DNA of 64,000 bases from the human T2T-CHM13v2.0 reference genome, Homo sapiens (GCF_009914755.1 NC_060932.1), one strand, 5' to 3'. Counted from the first letter of the stretch, positions 17,310 through 31,698 are shown. The notes: a model not told the origin generated them from the letters alone. Made by a program: numbers and translations.

Positions 17310-18220
17310 CTTTGTGGTTTTATCTACTTTTGGTCTTTGATGATGGTGATGTACAGATGGGTTTTTGGTGTGGATGTCCTTTCTGTTTGTTAGTTTTCCT
17401 TCTAACAGACAGGACCCTCAGCTGCAGGTCTGTTGGAATACCCTGCAGTGTGAGGTGTCAGTGTGCCCCTGCTGGGGGGTGCCTCCCACTTCGGCTGCTA
17501 GGGGGTCAGGGGTCAGGGACCCACTTGAGGAGGCAGTCTGCCCGTTCTCAGATCTCCAGCTGCATGCTGGGAGAACCACTGCTCTCTTCTAAGCTGTCAG
17601 ACAGGGACATTTAAGTCTGCAGAGGTTACTGCTGTCTTTTTGTTTGTCTGTGCCCTGCCCCCAGAGGTGGAGCCTACAGAGGCAGGCAGGCCTCCTTGAG
17701 CTGTGGTGGGCTCCACCCAGTTCGAGCTTCCTGGCTGCTTTGTTTACCTAATCAAGCCTGGGCAATGGCGGGCGCCCCTCCCCCAGCCTCGCTGCCGCCT
17801 TGCAGTTTGATCTCAGACTGCAGTGCTAGCAATGAGCGAGACTCCGTGGGCGTAGGACCCTCCGAGCCAGGTGCGGGATATAATCTCGTGGTGCGCCGTT
17901 TTTTAAGCCCTTCGGAAAAGCGCAGTATTCGGGTGGGAGTGACCCGATTTTCCAGGTGCCGTCCGTCCGTCACCCCTTTCTTTGACTCGGAAAGGGAACT
18001 GCCTGACCCCTTGCGCTTCCCAAGTGAGGCAATGCCTCGCCCTGTTTCGGCTGGCGCACGGTGCGCGCACCCACTCTCCTGCACCCACTGTCTGGCACTC
18101 CCTAGTGAGATGAACCCGGTACCTCAGATGGAAATGCAGAAATCACCATCTTCTGCGTTGCTCAGGCTGGGAGCTGTAGACAGGAGCTGTTCCTATTCGG
18201 CCATCTTGGCTCCTCTCTTC
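17310..18220 (-). promoter_or_regulatory. L1 5'UTR of copy A: CpG-rich sense promoter with YY1 site, and antisense promoter firing toward +
   Basis: Intact YY1 motif CCAAGATGGCCG near 18198-18209; CpG-dense. Promoter function is established for the family, not shown for this copy. Confidence 0.85.
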
Positions 18221-18250
18221 AAAAATCAATTTTTAAGTAGGCCTTCATAG
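17765..18250 (+). CDS. ORF0: L1 ORF0 variant, frameshift-extended to 161 aa and reading into flanking DNA
   Basis: Starts MAGAPPPASLPPCSLISD. Extra bases at about 17958-17970 (gccgtccgtccgtc) shift the frame past the normal stop. Translation not shown. Confidence 0.55.
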   Translation: MAGAPPPASLPPCSLISDCSASNERDSVGVGPSEPGAGYNLVVRRFLSPSEKRSIRVGVTRFSRCRPSVTPFFDSERELPDPLRFPSEAMPRPVSAGARCAHPLSCTHCLALPSEMNPVPQMEMQKSPSSALLRLGAVDRSCSYSAILAPLFKNQFLSRPS

Positions 18251-18624
18251 CTAAGATGGAAATGGAAAAACAGCAGCAGTAAGAACAGCTATGCAGGAGT
18301 CTAGCTTCAGAGATCTTGGAGATAAGAACTTCCCGGCATTTTCTTATAACCTAGTTGGGGTATCACTACACAATTACTGCGTGAGGTTGAGTACTGTAGT
18401 GATTTACCAACACTGTTATCTTACGGTTTTCTTCTGAGATGTTATCATTCGTGGATTGTATATAAGATATCCTGTTCTAAAAAATCTTATTTCTTAGTGT
18501 GGCATAGCTAATAAAACCGCTTCGCAATTTATCTTTCCATCCGTCTTATCTCCTCTCCCTTAAGATGAGTAATCCACTTTAAGCGTTAAGAAATAGGATG
18601 TAAAGTGTAAGGGTGGTTTGTGGG

Positions 18625-19242
18625 TATATTAGTTTTATTTTGATGCATAAAAAATTGCCACAATTTAGTGGCTTAAAATAACACCCATTTCTTATCTCCT
18701 AGTTTCTAGATGTCAGAAGTCTGGGCATGGTGTAGCTGGATTCTGTCTCTGTTAAGGGTCTTAGGAGGCCAAAATTAAGGTGAGACCGGGTTGCGTTCTC
18801 TTCTGGATCTCTGGGTCCTCTTCTCAACTCATTCAAGTTGTAGGCAGAATTCAGCTTTTGGTAGTTGTAGGAAGGAGTTTCTTGTTTTCTTCCTGCTTGT
18901 GTTGCTCTCAGTTCTTTGCTGCCAACCCCAGGTTCCAGCCATGGAGCACCATCTATAGGCAGTTCACAGCATGGCTATTTGCTTTATTCCAGATCACTAG
19001 GATCACTTTTGTGACACTTCTTTTAAAATGTTTTCCTGATTAGGTGAGGCTAATCCAGGATAATCTCTCATTTAAATAACTCAGAGTTAATAGATTAGAG
19101 ACCTTATGTTTGCAAATATTTGCCATATAAGGTAACATAATTGTGGGAGCGCTGTTCTGCTATATCACAGGTCTTGTCCATGCCCAAGGGGAGGCAGTTA
19201 CGTTACTGTGGTTCACTGGGGATTATTTCATTTATGCCTACT
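18625..19242 (-). mobile_element. MaLR LTR (MLT1D/E-like)
   Basis: ttagtggcttaaaataacacccattt...gtcagaagtctgggcatgg and ggcagaattcag motifs. Confidence 0.7.
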
Positions 19243-19512
19243 AAAGTGGGCAAGCCTGCACTTTTAGATTTTATGTAGTTTTAAATGGTGGCTTATAAAA
19301 CCCATGTAAACAGGCATGACAGTCAATGTATGGGACAGTATTATTTAATATAAGACATTTACCAATGACTATAAAATTAAAGTGATGATAACTTTATCAT
19401 CACTTCATAAATAACTTCATGTGTGTCAGTCAGGGTTCAGTCACAGATGCAGGACCACTAGAAGGTGAATCTCTATGTCTCTCGATTTATTTGCAATGGT
19501 GTGAACCTGTTA

Positions 19513-19944
<432 letters not shown>

Positions 19945-20814
19945 TCAGAGTAGTTTTAAAGCTCATAGTTCTTAAATTGCATGATACTGAGAAAATAGTT
20001 ATTCATAAAAGTAAGCACTTGTAAATAAGAATTATTTCAAGTAATTCACGTATCTTGTAGTCTCAGAATACCTATTAAACTGGTCTGGAAGTCTGGAAGA
20101 TTGATAGGCATTTTCCTTTTCATGAGGATATGAACAATTAAAATTCAAAGTTAAATTTTCATTGAGTCTGAAACAATTGTTTGGTGGGACATACTTTTAA
20201 AATGGATTTTAATATATTAAATGCTTTAAAGAAATGTTTCCCTCTTCCTCTCCATTATAGGAGAAACCATTATTATTCTGTCAGATAATTACTTGAAGTT
20301 TCAAAATTTTTAAAAAGTGTCTTTTAAAGTATTAGTTTAGATTTTTTTTCTAATTTTTGTGACTGGCACTTCAAAAATCATTAGAAACTTCGTAACAATG
20401 GGGATGGAATTTTCAAATCGAGGTTATTAATATTATGGAGAATAGTAGATAACTAAGTTTGGGCAGCCATGTTGTTTTTGAGTTAACATTTCTCTAACAG
20501 CTAAAATAAAAAATAAAAAAGTGATTTCTTGTCTCATTTGAAATATTCATATACAAATCTTAACGTCATCCAGCTGTCAACAGAGTAGTATTATAAAAAA
20601 GAAAATTGTGGAATCCACTGTCTACCGTATATTATTACTGAATATTATTGAAAGATACTTAACATCTTTTTAATACCCCCTTTTGTTTGTGAATATGTGC
20701 AGTGTCTATTTGAACACATTTGTCAACAGCTTTAGAGCTACTTATGTCATTTTCCTTCTGTGTCTTTCATTCTTTTATTAGATTTTATTATATTTCTTTT
20801 ACATCCGTTGATGG

Positions 20815-22150
20815 TGTGCCAGACCTGTTTACCGTATGAGTTTTCTCTTCTTCACAGACACAAGCTAGATGACATTTCCCAGTGTCCCATGTTTAGATAG
20901 GACATTGTGACAGAGTTCTAGGCGATGGAGTGTAAACAGAGGTGATCTGTGTCGTCTGCAGCTTGACCCATCAAGATTTCCCCACGCTTGTGCTGGAGTG
21001 TCCACTCCCACCCTGTTCTAAGGACTCATCTTGTTTGCATCACAAGCTTCCCCGTGTGGTTCTGTGTTAGTGTGTCCCTGAGATTTGGAAGATAGAAGAG
21101 AAGGAGAGAGGCCACTGTTCTTTACAGAGAGCTGAGGCAGATTCATGGGCAGATATGAGGTTTGAAGCATTGTTCAGGGAAGTCCAGGATGACCATTGTA
21201 TGCATTTTGTATTGTTGCTGTAACAAATTATCACAAATTTAGAGGCTTAAAACAACAGCAATCGATTATCTTACAGTTCTGGAGGTGGGATGTCCAAGTC
21301 AGTCTCACTGGGCTAAAGTCAAGGTGTCTGCAGGTTTGTTTCCTGCTGGAAGCGCTGAGGGGAGCCTTTTTTTTTTTTTTGTCTTTTGCAGTTTCTAGAG
21401 GCTGCTGGCATTCCTCATTATTTCTTACTTGGCATCATTCCAGTCTCTGACTTCCATTCCCACATCTGAAAAACTGACTCTGATTTTCTTGCCTTCCTGT
21501 TACAGAGACCCTTACTATTTTGGATCTACCTGGCTAATATAGGATAATCTCTTCCCATTTCAGGATCATTTGTTTAGTCACATCTTGTGTCAGGTAAGGT
21601 AACAATTAACCTGTTTCTTGGAATTAGAACATGGACATCTTTGGTGGGTTGGGAAGGTCCCACTTTTCAGACTCCCACAGCTACCTGCTTAGCTGTTGCA
21701 GACCAAGATAGTTGGTGGAAGCTTTCAAGACATTCATACACTCCAGGTGTAGAAATTCACCAGGCTCTTGAGAATCTTCTGCTTTGGAGCTATAGGCAGA
21801 GATTGTATCTGTTTTCTTTAACTTTGTTTCTTTTGTCCTTCCCCAGTGGTGTTTTAAGCTTCATCTGATTCTCTGTATTAAATACTTTCATGCTTGGAAC
21901 ACATGCAGTGGTTTCTGTTTTCCTGACTGAAGTCTGATACAAAGCTCTTTCCCTATAACTAGGTTGAGAATGTAAAGAGGGACCTGGAAAGCCATGTGTT
22001 GCGGATGGCAGAGCAGCCATCAGCCTAGGTGTGGATGACTGTGTGGTACAGTCTCCTTAATCTCCTGAATTTGGCTCTGTACTATTATATGGATGTAAGC
22101 CACTAAAATTTTGGGGTCTGTCTGGTACTACAAAACTTTCTATAGCTTAA
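20815..22150. mobile_element. Nested old LTR cluster: MLT1H/J-like outer element, ERVL LTR fragment, and MLT1C-like element (-) at about 21197-21640
   Basis: MLT1C-like gctgtaacaaattatcacaaatttagaggcttaaaacaac...cttacagttctggagg, with MaLR terminal motifs on both sides. Confidence 0.55.
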
Positions 22151-22802
22151 TTCATTCTTACTAATAAAGATGACTTATTAAAAACTAAATACCAAAACAA
22201 ATATCATCGCTTATGATGTATTTAAACACACCTGATTCAGAGTAGTACATTTTCCTTGTTTTTTCTGTCCATCGTTTGTTAACAAAGCCACTCAGCCCCT
22301 GAACTAACTTACTGGTATGCATTCTCAGTGTCTTCTCTAGACAACGTTATCAGAAGATGCTACAGTTTCCATATTTACAGCAGTGATTCATGTAATATAT
22401 CTTTTGCCATGACTAGACTAAAACATAGAATTCAGAAGCCATTCTTTAGTAGTATGTTCCCTCTTATATAAGATGCAGCAGTTTTATTGTCAGTGTATGT
22501 TCATCATCAGCTTTATTAATTTTTTCCTGGAGCTCAGAAACGGATTTTAGTGGTTGGCGTTTTGAGGAAAACAACTTTAAATCATTTTATTATTCCTCAT
22601 AGGATTATTTTGAACATGTGCTATTGTTACCATTTTAAGATGAGGGGGCCTAAGTTTAAAGATTTTTGTCACATGGTAACAGCTGCTAAAGGAAAGAGCT
22701 GGACCACAACAACTGATAAGGAAAAAAGTTTACCACTTTTTTCATCATATATTCCTCAGAGGAGGTATATGTACTTGTTTATCCGACTTCACAGAAGACA
22801 CA

Positions 22803-23121
22803 TTTTTTTTTTTGTTGTTGTTGTTGTTTTTTTTTTGAGACAGGGTCTTGCTCTGTTGCTCAGACTGGAGTACACTGGCACAATCACAGCTCACGACAGC
22901 CACAACCAACCTCCTAGGCTCAAGCAATCCTCCCGCGTTAGCCTCCTAAGTAGCTGGGATTATAGGCACGTGTCATCATGACTGGTTAATTTGTGTGTAT
23001 GTGTTTGTGTTTGTAGAGACAGGATTTTACCATGTTTCCCAGGCTGCTCTTAAATTTCTGGGATCCAGTTATCCTGCGGCTTCGGCCTCCCAAACCATTG
23101 GGATTGTAGGTTTGCCCGGCC
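22803..23121 (-). mobile_element. AluJ
   Basis: gagacagggtcttgctctg...ggctcaagcaatcctccc; diverged. Confidence 0.9.
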
Positions 23122-24439
23122 AACACATATTCTTACAGGTTGTAACATGAGTCATATTTTGGTCTTCACTTAGTGATAACCACCAGGAGGGGCTTTTATA
23201 CTATGTGCTCTTGGCTAAGATAATGGCAAATTGGGAATGTGCAACAAATTCTAGTCATGGCTCTTTTAACTTAGTGATCTTGGTTAAGCCACCATATCTT
23301 TCTGGGTCACAGTACTTTCGGCAGTTAAGAATTAGACTTGAGCCAGATCCAAGATTCTTTGAACTCTGACATTTTATCATTCCTTTTAATGAAGGAACTG
23401 AAAAACATTTCGGGGCAGTGGGGAAGTGGAAGCATTATTTTCAGAAGAACACTGAAGTTAGTATTTTTTCAATTAACAAAAAGTTCTTCCTAACTTACTG
23501 TTTCTTTACTTAGCCACCAAACATTAATCACTGTCTTGGTTCTAGCACAGTAGTTTAAAACGTTTTCTCATCAAATATTAGCATAAGGTCCTTTGCATTA
23601 TATATCTTCAAATCATCCATGGAAACTTGCCCAGAGTAGGTACTTACTTATTTAACATTTAAAATAGTAGCAAACATTTTCACATACTTAAGATTCCTCT
23701 TAAATAGTTAAGTATCATAATCCTGACAGGTCTTCAATTGTCAATGGCTTTGCATATAAACCTGAGTAGCTCTCTTGTATCGCTTTTTAAATATCAACTT
23801 GATGAAATCCTTTGTCATATGTAAGATTGCAGTCAAGCATGAGAGTGAGCAAAAAATAATGTGACATGATGGGTTGGGATAGATACTAGGGTGAAATGAG
23901 GATGGATGTCTACATAGGGACAACTTTTGTAAGTGGTTGGAATGTAACAAATGGTTTTTGCCTCTCTACAAAATTTTGTGGTTATTGTGTGCACATTTTG
24001 AATACTTAGCTAAGGACTATCTCCTGTGGCATATGCCGAACTAAAAAGCACTAAAAAATTACTAAGATGAATGCCATGTTTGCATTTGGGTTGTTGGTAA
24101 TGAAAGACACATTGAGTAATGTGTGGTACTCCTTATTTTTGTCCTCTGTAGGCCTCCACTCCTTTTTCTCCTCTTTGTTTTCATGTTAACAACCCCCTTT
24201 TCTATGGCCACATTGGTAGCATATTATCAGGCAAGGCTACACATATTACTCATTCCTCTTGTCACGATTGGCACAAGGTTGGGAAAGTGACTAGAGCCAT
24301 TCTCTGAGATTTGTCCAAATGGAACTAGCAGAATGATTACCTTGCTCATTGGCCTGTGAAATTGGAAGGATGTGCTTTTCGTTTGTCTCTCACTTGGGCA
24401 CGAAAAAGTGTGGTGTGCAGATGCTAAGCAAAAAACACA

Positions 24440-24600
24440 AAGAGAAGAGGCATTCATTTATTCCATAAAGATTTAAGCACTAGCTCTGTGCCAGTCCTTG
24501 TTCTGGGTGCCATCAATGCAGAAATAAACAAAATGTATAAAAATTGTTGCCCTCAGGGAGCTTCTATAGCTAGAGGGAGTACTGACAATACCAGTTAAGT
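24440..24600 (-). mobile_element. L2 3' end fragment
   Basis: cattcatttattcc...agcactagctctgtgccag...ttctgggtgc. Confidence 0.6.
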
Positions 24601-24790
24601 TCTCATATCTGGTCATTCCTGAAACCAAATTTATCTTCATACCTTATTACTATATGAATTTATAAAGTCCATTTTGCCTAAACTAGATTGAATTAGGCTT
24701 ATGTCATTTGTGATTTAAGATGTTTTGATAAACATGAAAGACATTTATAACTTCTTTCAGCTTTCATTAAGAAGATAATACAGAAATTAA

Positions 24791-24974
<184 letters not shown>

Positions 24975-26458
24975 AAAAAAAAAATGTAAATTCTTATTGG
25001 TATATTTGTGTAAAACTTTGTCATGTATTTTCACACTTTTTTCCATTTTTGGTACTTGGAGATTACATTATCATTTATTTTTTTTTCCTCATATTTCATT
25101 CTAAGCTTTAACCTCATGGTTTTCTGGCAAGGCACATTGGTTGACTACTTTCTTTAGTCATTCAGGAGGAAATAACTATTTTGTTTAGTAAATATTGCCA
25201 AGTAGACCTGATTTACATTAGATAGTTTTGCTAAGTCATTATTGTGCGGCTTGTTATATATTAAATGATCAAATTTTGAAAATTATAAAAAATCAGTAAC
25301 AGTTTCCTTTATTACTGTATGATTAAGAGTACCATGCGAAATGTTTATTTATAGTCTTATAATTGTTGAAATGTTTTTGTCCCATCTGCTTCTGCATTTG
25401 GCATACCAAGTACTGTAAGATAGATAAGCTACTAAATTCTTTTAGTCATTCTTCCATTGCACTGTTCTGCGTCTATATCTCTATATAGTTTTTCTTGCTA
25501 CTTGCTGGAAAATACATGGGCAGTTTATTTTCATGGAAAATATATACTCCATAAATATAGATGAATTGAGGTGATAATCAGAGAGTTTCCTCGTGAATTT
25601 GAGATAAAAAATTACAGCATCATGATAATGAAACTATATACACACACAAAGTTTATTTAACTTGCCTTGGAATATATGTGTAATTATCCTGACATCTGGA
25701 TCTGGGCAAAGATAATAGCTTATGGCCAGAAGGAGCCAGGTATTTAGAAGGAGCGTGAGTAAATAATTTATGATTCAAACCAGGACATGTGGGAGAGAAA
25801 TAAAGTGCAATTAATAATTTTGCTGAGATGACAGGAGTAAACTGGGACTTTCCCTGGGCTAACGGGGACATCTCGTTACGTGAGTTAGAGGTAGGGTAGA
25901 CGGTTTGAAAATGGATACATAGTGTTTGATGCATTTTTGTTGATTAGCATAATTTTTAGGAATCTCAGTTGAAAATTTTTCTTCCTTGTCTGTTTGTATT
26001 CAAATACCGTGTCACACTCTTGTGTATGATTTGTAATCCATTTAGTGCGGACCAAAGGTTTAACATGTTGCTTTGGTGGCTTTAGTGCTGCTTATTTCTC
26101 TAATTTTTAAATTCAGCATTTAAAATTTTGTCATACTACTTCAGTCACTTCATCGCTTAAGAGGCAATTCATTTTCTTTAAAAATAAATAGGTTTATTTG
26201 TATCCATTATAAATAATTTTGGATCCTATATATATTGATGGAAAATTTTGCTCAAATAGAACCTTCAGGTTTATAAAAGATTCCCACATTATTACTACTC
26301 TTGGTTATAGCTTGTCCATCGCATTATAAATTCTTGACTACTTTCTCATTGTAGGGAAGTTCTGATTTTGCATGTTATATGTCATCTGTGCAGAGTAATT
26401 TATTTCACAAAACACTCCACATCTTTTTCCAGTGTTAAAGCAACCTTGTTTTATAATG

Positions 26459-26464
<6 letters not shown>

Positions 26465-26498
<34 letters not shown>
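26465..26498. repeat. (CA)n microsatellite
   Basis: Direct CA run. Confidence 0.95.
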
Positions 26499-26501
<3 letters not shown>

Positions 26502-26789
26502 TACTGAAACACATCTAATTGAATGTTGACTAAGTTTTCTAATGTTGCTTGCTGGAAATTGGTTGAAAGATTGTATTCTTTGGTTTGAAATAAGTTGCAA
26601 CTGTATTTATAGCATATGAAGCTACATAAATTCAGATAGAGGCCTATGTCATTTTTTTCCCTGTGTGAATCAAAAGAGCTTGGAAGAAGAAATTGGAAAT
26701 GACTTTAAAAACATGTGATTGTTTGGATTTAATTAAGCGGATGCTACGATTTATATTTTGTTGTTACATTTCAATGTAGTTGAACTAAT

Positions 26790-26980
26790 GATAACTACCA
26801 TTTATTTAATATTTGCTAACTATTTTACATGTATTATTTCATTTAAGCATCATCACAAGCTTAGCATGATTTTATTGTATAGGTGAACTTCAAGAGTTGA
26901 AGTAATTTGCCTGGAATCATGCAACTTGTAATTGGGCCAGTATTCAAATGCAGAACTGACTTCAAAGCTGTTCTTCTGAT
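26790..26980 (-). mobile_element. MIR
   Basis: aagtaatttgcctggaatcatgcaac...gtattcaaatgcag...tgacttcaaagc. Confidence 0.6.
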
Positions 26981-27147
26981 TTAAGTACTCTTTTATCAGT
27001 GCTTCTCATACTGAAAGAAGAGAGTGAATGCATACCTCTGGGGATGTGGAAGTGCAGCATGAAGCTGCCGGATTGTTCAAAATATATATTTGATCTTATA
27101 TATATTAAAACATTTTGCAAACTTTGCTTTCTATTCCATTGCCTATT

Positions 27148-27149
<2 letters not shown>

Positions 27150-27187
<38 letters not shown>

Positions 27188-27465
27188 AGATTGAGTCTTG
27201 CTGTGTCACCCAGGCTGAAGTGCAGTGATATGATCTTGGCTCACTGCAACCTCTACCTCCTAGGTTCAAGGGATTCTCCTGCCCCAGCCAGAGTAGCTGG
27301 GATTATAGGTGCCTGCCACCACACCTGACTAGTTTTTGTATTTTTAGTAGAGATGGGGTTTCACCCTGTTGGCCAGGCTGGTCTCGAACTCCTGACTTCA
27401 GGGGATCCACCTGCCTCGGCCTCCCAAAGTGTTGGGATTACAGGCGTGAGCCGCTGCTACCCACC
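27150..27465 (-). mobile_element. Alu (AluSx-like) with a long T tail
   Basis: Full dimer with a T tract of about 37 nt. Confidence 0.95.
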
Positions 27466-27512
27466 GCTATTAATTTTTTTTAATGAAATTGTTTTATACT
27501 TTCAATTGAATA

Positions 27513-29345
27513 CAGGTGTAACTTTGAGACATGGGCTTGGTGCCAGACCACTATAATAAAGCAAATATTACAATAAAGAGTTAGCAAGTTTTTTGGTTTC
27601 TCAGTGCATTTAGAAGTTAGGTTTACACTGTATTGTTGTCTATTAAATGTGCAATAGCACTCTGTCTAAAAGAAAAGTATATATACCTTAATTTAAAAAT
27701 GCTATATTGCTTAAAAAATATGATCTTCTGAGCCTTCAGTGAGTTATAATCCTTTTGCTGGTGGAGGGTTTTGCTTCTTGTTGATGGCTACTGACCAATA
27801 AGGGTACTGGCTGCTGATGGTGGGAGCAGCTGGCAACTTCTTAAGAAATTAAGTTGGCCACATTGATTCCCTCTTTATTTCATGAAAGATTCCTCTGTTG
27901 CATGGAATGCTGTTTGACAGAATTTTACCCATAGTCTGACTTTTTGCAAAATTGGAGTCTGTCCTCTCAAACCCTGCCACTGCTCTATCAACTAAGTTTA
28001 TGCAGCGTTCTTTCTCCATCAGAGCTTTTGAGTGACCAGGTGCTTTGGCTGTGAGCTGTAATATATTGAGAGGAATCTTTTTTTTCTGAGCAGTAGGTCT
28101 TAATACTGGGCTTCAAATATTCAGTAAACTGTGCTTTAAACATACGTGCTGTTTTTCATCCAGGCTTTCTTGTTCCATTTATAGAGCACAGGCACAATAG
28201 ATTTAGCTTAATTGCGCTGGACCTTAGGCTTTTCGGAATGGTAAATGAACGTTGGCTTCAACTTTAAGTCACCAGCTGCATTAGCCCCTACCAAGAGATT
28301 CAGCCTGTCCTTTCAAACCAGGCATCGACTTCTCTCTAGCCATGGCATCGCCTTCCAGTAGAAGGATGTTTAGTCTACTCTGAACATCCGTTGTTTAGTA
28401 TACCCGTCTCCATCAATTATGCTAGCTAAATCTGGGTAATTTGCTGCAGCTTCTTGCAGCATAAACACTTGCTGCTTCATCTTGGACTTTTATGTTATGG
28501 AAATGGCTTCTTTCTTTAAACCTCATGAACCAACCTCTGCCAGCTTTAAATTTTTCTTCTGTAGCTTCCTTTCCTGTTTCAGCCTTCATTGGATTGAAGA
28601 GACTTAGGGCCTTGTTCTGAATTAGGCTTGGTTTAAGGGGATGTTGTTACTGATTTGATCTATCCAAACTATTTAAACTTTCTCTGTATCAGCAATAAGG
28701 CTGTTTTGCTTTCTTACCATTGATGTGTTCACTGGAGTAGCACTTTAAATTTCCTTGAAAACATTGCATTTGCATTAACAACTTGTCTAACTGTTCGGTG
28801 CAAGAGGTGTAGCTTTTGGCCTATCTGAGCTTTCCACATGCCTTCCTCACTAAGTTTAATCATTTTTAGCTTTTGATTTAAAGTGAGAGACATGTGACTC
28901 TGCATTTCACTTGAACACCTAGAGGTCATTGTTGCGTTATTCATTGGCCTAATTTCAATGTTTTTATGCTTTAGGCAATAGGAACGTGTGAGAAGAGTGG
29001 AGGTGGGGAATGGGTGGTTGGTGGAGCAGTCTGAATACACATGACATTTATCGATTAAATTTGCCATGTTTTACGGGCACCATTTGTGGTGCCCCAAAAC
29101 AATCACAAAAGTGACATCAAAGATCACTGGTTACAGATTTCCATAACAAATAATAATAATGAAGAAGTTTGAAATATTGGGAGAGTTACCAGAATGTGAC
29201 ATAGACACTGACTGAGCACATGCTGTGGGAAAAATGACACCCATAGAGTTGCTTAATGGAGAGTTGCCATCAACCTTCAATTTGTAAAAAATGCCTTATC
29301 TGTGAAGCGCAGTTAAGCAAAGCACAATAAAAGGAAGTATGTTTG
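27513..29345 (-). mobile_element. Tigger1 DNA transposon, internally deleted, with a degenerate transposase
   Basis: TA then CAGG at the left end; the right end matches the recalled Tigger1 5' end. ORF 28729-29067 contains SLTLNQKLKMIKLSEEGMWKAQIGQKL, the CENP-B-type HTH of the Tigger1 transposase. Confidence 0.92.
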
Positions 29346-29368
29346 CTTAACTATTGCTTCAGTATAGT

Positions 29369-29370
<2 letters not shown>

Positions 29371-29444
<74 letters not shown>
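29371..29444. repeat. Compound (TC)n(TA)n microsatellite followed by poly-T
   Basis: Direct reading. Confidence 0.95.
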
Positions 29445-29448
<4 letters not shown>

Positions 29449-29582
29449 TTTTTTTTTTTTTGGGCATACCATCAAGTCACTCCTGGGAGGCCTAGGATTA
29501 TTCTGTTTGAGAAAGGGAGTCAGAGCTGCCTTCCAATCCACATCCAGGGTAATTACCAGTTTTAACCTTACTGGGCTTGTTT

Positions 29583-30072
29583 GTGTCAGGCAGTTAAGCT
29601 GTTCCTACACAATAGCGTGGCGGTGGGAATGGCTAGGTTGGCTTGCCACACTTCCGTAGATTGTGCTGCTGAAGATAGAAGGAGCCCAGTGGGTTTATAT
29701 TTCAGAGCACAGTAGTTAGCTGAACCTGAACCTAGCTGGCTTGGGTTCAGATGGTCTCTCCTTCCCCCCTCATCCCTTGAGGGCAATGCAGAGGGAGCCG
29801 CTGGTGGATGCTTTAACTCAGTGGGTTGGTGTCACAGCTGAGGAAGTTGTTTATGAACCCTCAGACTTTTAAAGGGGCTGCTAGCAAACCTCTAATTTTG
29901 CCCTGCAGGAGATACAGCTTTATTATTCTGGTGAGGAAACAAAACAAATCTGTCTTCTGCCTCAGGGAAGCCCTGCTTCTGAAGGCTGATTTTTTTTAAT
30001 GCTAACATCATCTAAACATACTTTGGAAGAAAACTGTGCAGAAATGTCATGGAGAATTGTTTCGTCAGAACA
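29583..30072 (-). mobile_element. Old ERVL solo LTR (LTR40/41-like)
   Basis: Ends gcagaaatgtcatggagaattgtttc...aca, similar to the element at 1176-1876. Confidence 0.4.
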
Positions 30073-31698
30073 TGTCATATTGCAACTTTCCTGACAGTTC
30101 CAAATATGGGGGGTGATAGGAGGGGGAGAGAATATTATCTTCTTCCCAGTAGATGGTAGAGAATGAAGAAGCTGACTAAGCCAGTCCTTTTCTTAGGTAA
30201 TTTTAGGCACTTCCATACCATTTTTTGGTGATGTTTTGTTCCTGGAAGTTATTCCAGACTTTTTTGTTTGAATCCTTTATTGTCTTGGATGGACCTAACA
30301 AGAGAAGTTCAGCATTCACCGTCAAGGGAAGCTCACTGGCATTCAATTGTCAATCCATTTCACAGTCACCTGTTAGTGTTTTGTGCACAGTGAGTGCCCT
30401 CAGTAATTTATAGTATCTCCCTAATTCCTTACTCCCACCCTTCCTCTTGCGTTTCTCCTTCTCTCTCTTTGTCTTAATCTATAGAGACTCCACCTTTTGC
30501 ATTCTTCATCGTTGCTACCAAAAATATACAATTATAAATAAATATGATGAGTATGGGTAAGTTGTACAGATTATGGAGTTGTCAAGAGGCATTATATTTT
30601 AGTGGTCAACTTACATTCTTATTACATGTTTTGTTGTCATTCTGCTCTCATTTATTCCCTAAAACAGTGTTCCTCAGACTCTCTCTTTTGCTTAGGCCCT
30701 TTCCTGTAACTGGAAGATTGTTTTCTATTTTTAATCGTTAGGTTAGGGTGGGTCTGGACAATAGATATTATTTAGTAAAGCATTCAGCTGCCTCTTCACC
30801 CCTTGAGAGTAATTTATAAGTTGGTAATTTTTCTGATAACTGTCTCACAAAGCTTACTTTTAGGGTTTTGACCCATAGTTGCTTCCATGAGAGCTAGCTT
30901 TTATTTGATAGCTAACATTTTTTCATTTTCTTTTGAGAATTTGAGAGAAATTTTCTCTACAGAGAAATGGATCAATGAAACATTATTTTAAGCTAGATGT
31001 TACTCTTTATGTTCAAATGGGTTTTTATCCAGGTGTAAATCACTTGGAAAACATTTAGAGCAATCAGCCAGTTAGAACCTAATAAACATATTCAACTTTA
31101 TACTTTCAATTATAAGGAGTGTCTCCTGCTGTGAAACTAACTATTCTAGTGTTATTGTATTTTAAGGTTATTTTGAAGGAGAATAGAGAGTTTAACTTTG
31201 GGGTGGTTCTTTTTCTGCTGTGCTTCATTTTTATTTCTTGAATTATTTAGAAAATTTTTATACTGACTATAAACTTATCCGTAGCAATTAATGGTTTAAA
31301 AAATATTATTAGATTGTCATGTAAAATGCACATTTTATGGGACATTATGAACTGAATAATTTTGCGATAGATGTATTTTTTTTTGCATATAAACCTATAC
31401 TACTTTATGTTTGGAATTAATAGGAATTAAAGTGGATTTTGTGTACTTGATTTTTAACACTTTGTTTTAAAAGGACTAAGACTGCTTTGTCATGTAGCCA
31501 ATGTGTTGTATTAAGATTCCTCAGTGAGAATTATTTGATTTTATTTTGCAATGATATTCAAATATATTTTTCAAGTCAAATGGAATTTTTATGTGGCAAC
31601 TAATTTAAATATTAAACTAAATATCTAACATATGTGTGTACATTCATTGCTTCATTGTAAGAGGATAATATATATTTTATTTCAAAAATTCTTCTGAG

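Noticed and set aside
28729-29067. Domesticated TIGD1-like transposase gene
   Set aside because: Short, frameshifted, internally deleted Tigger1 fossil without an intact DDE domain.
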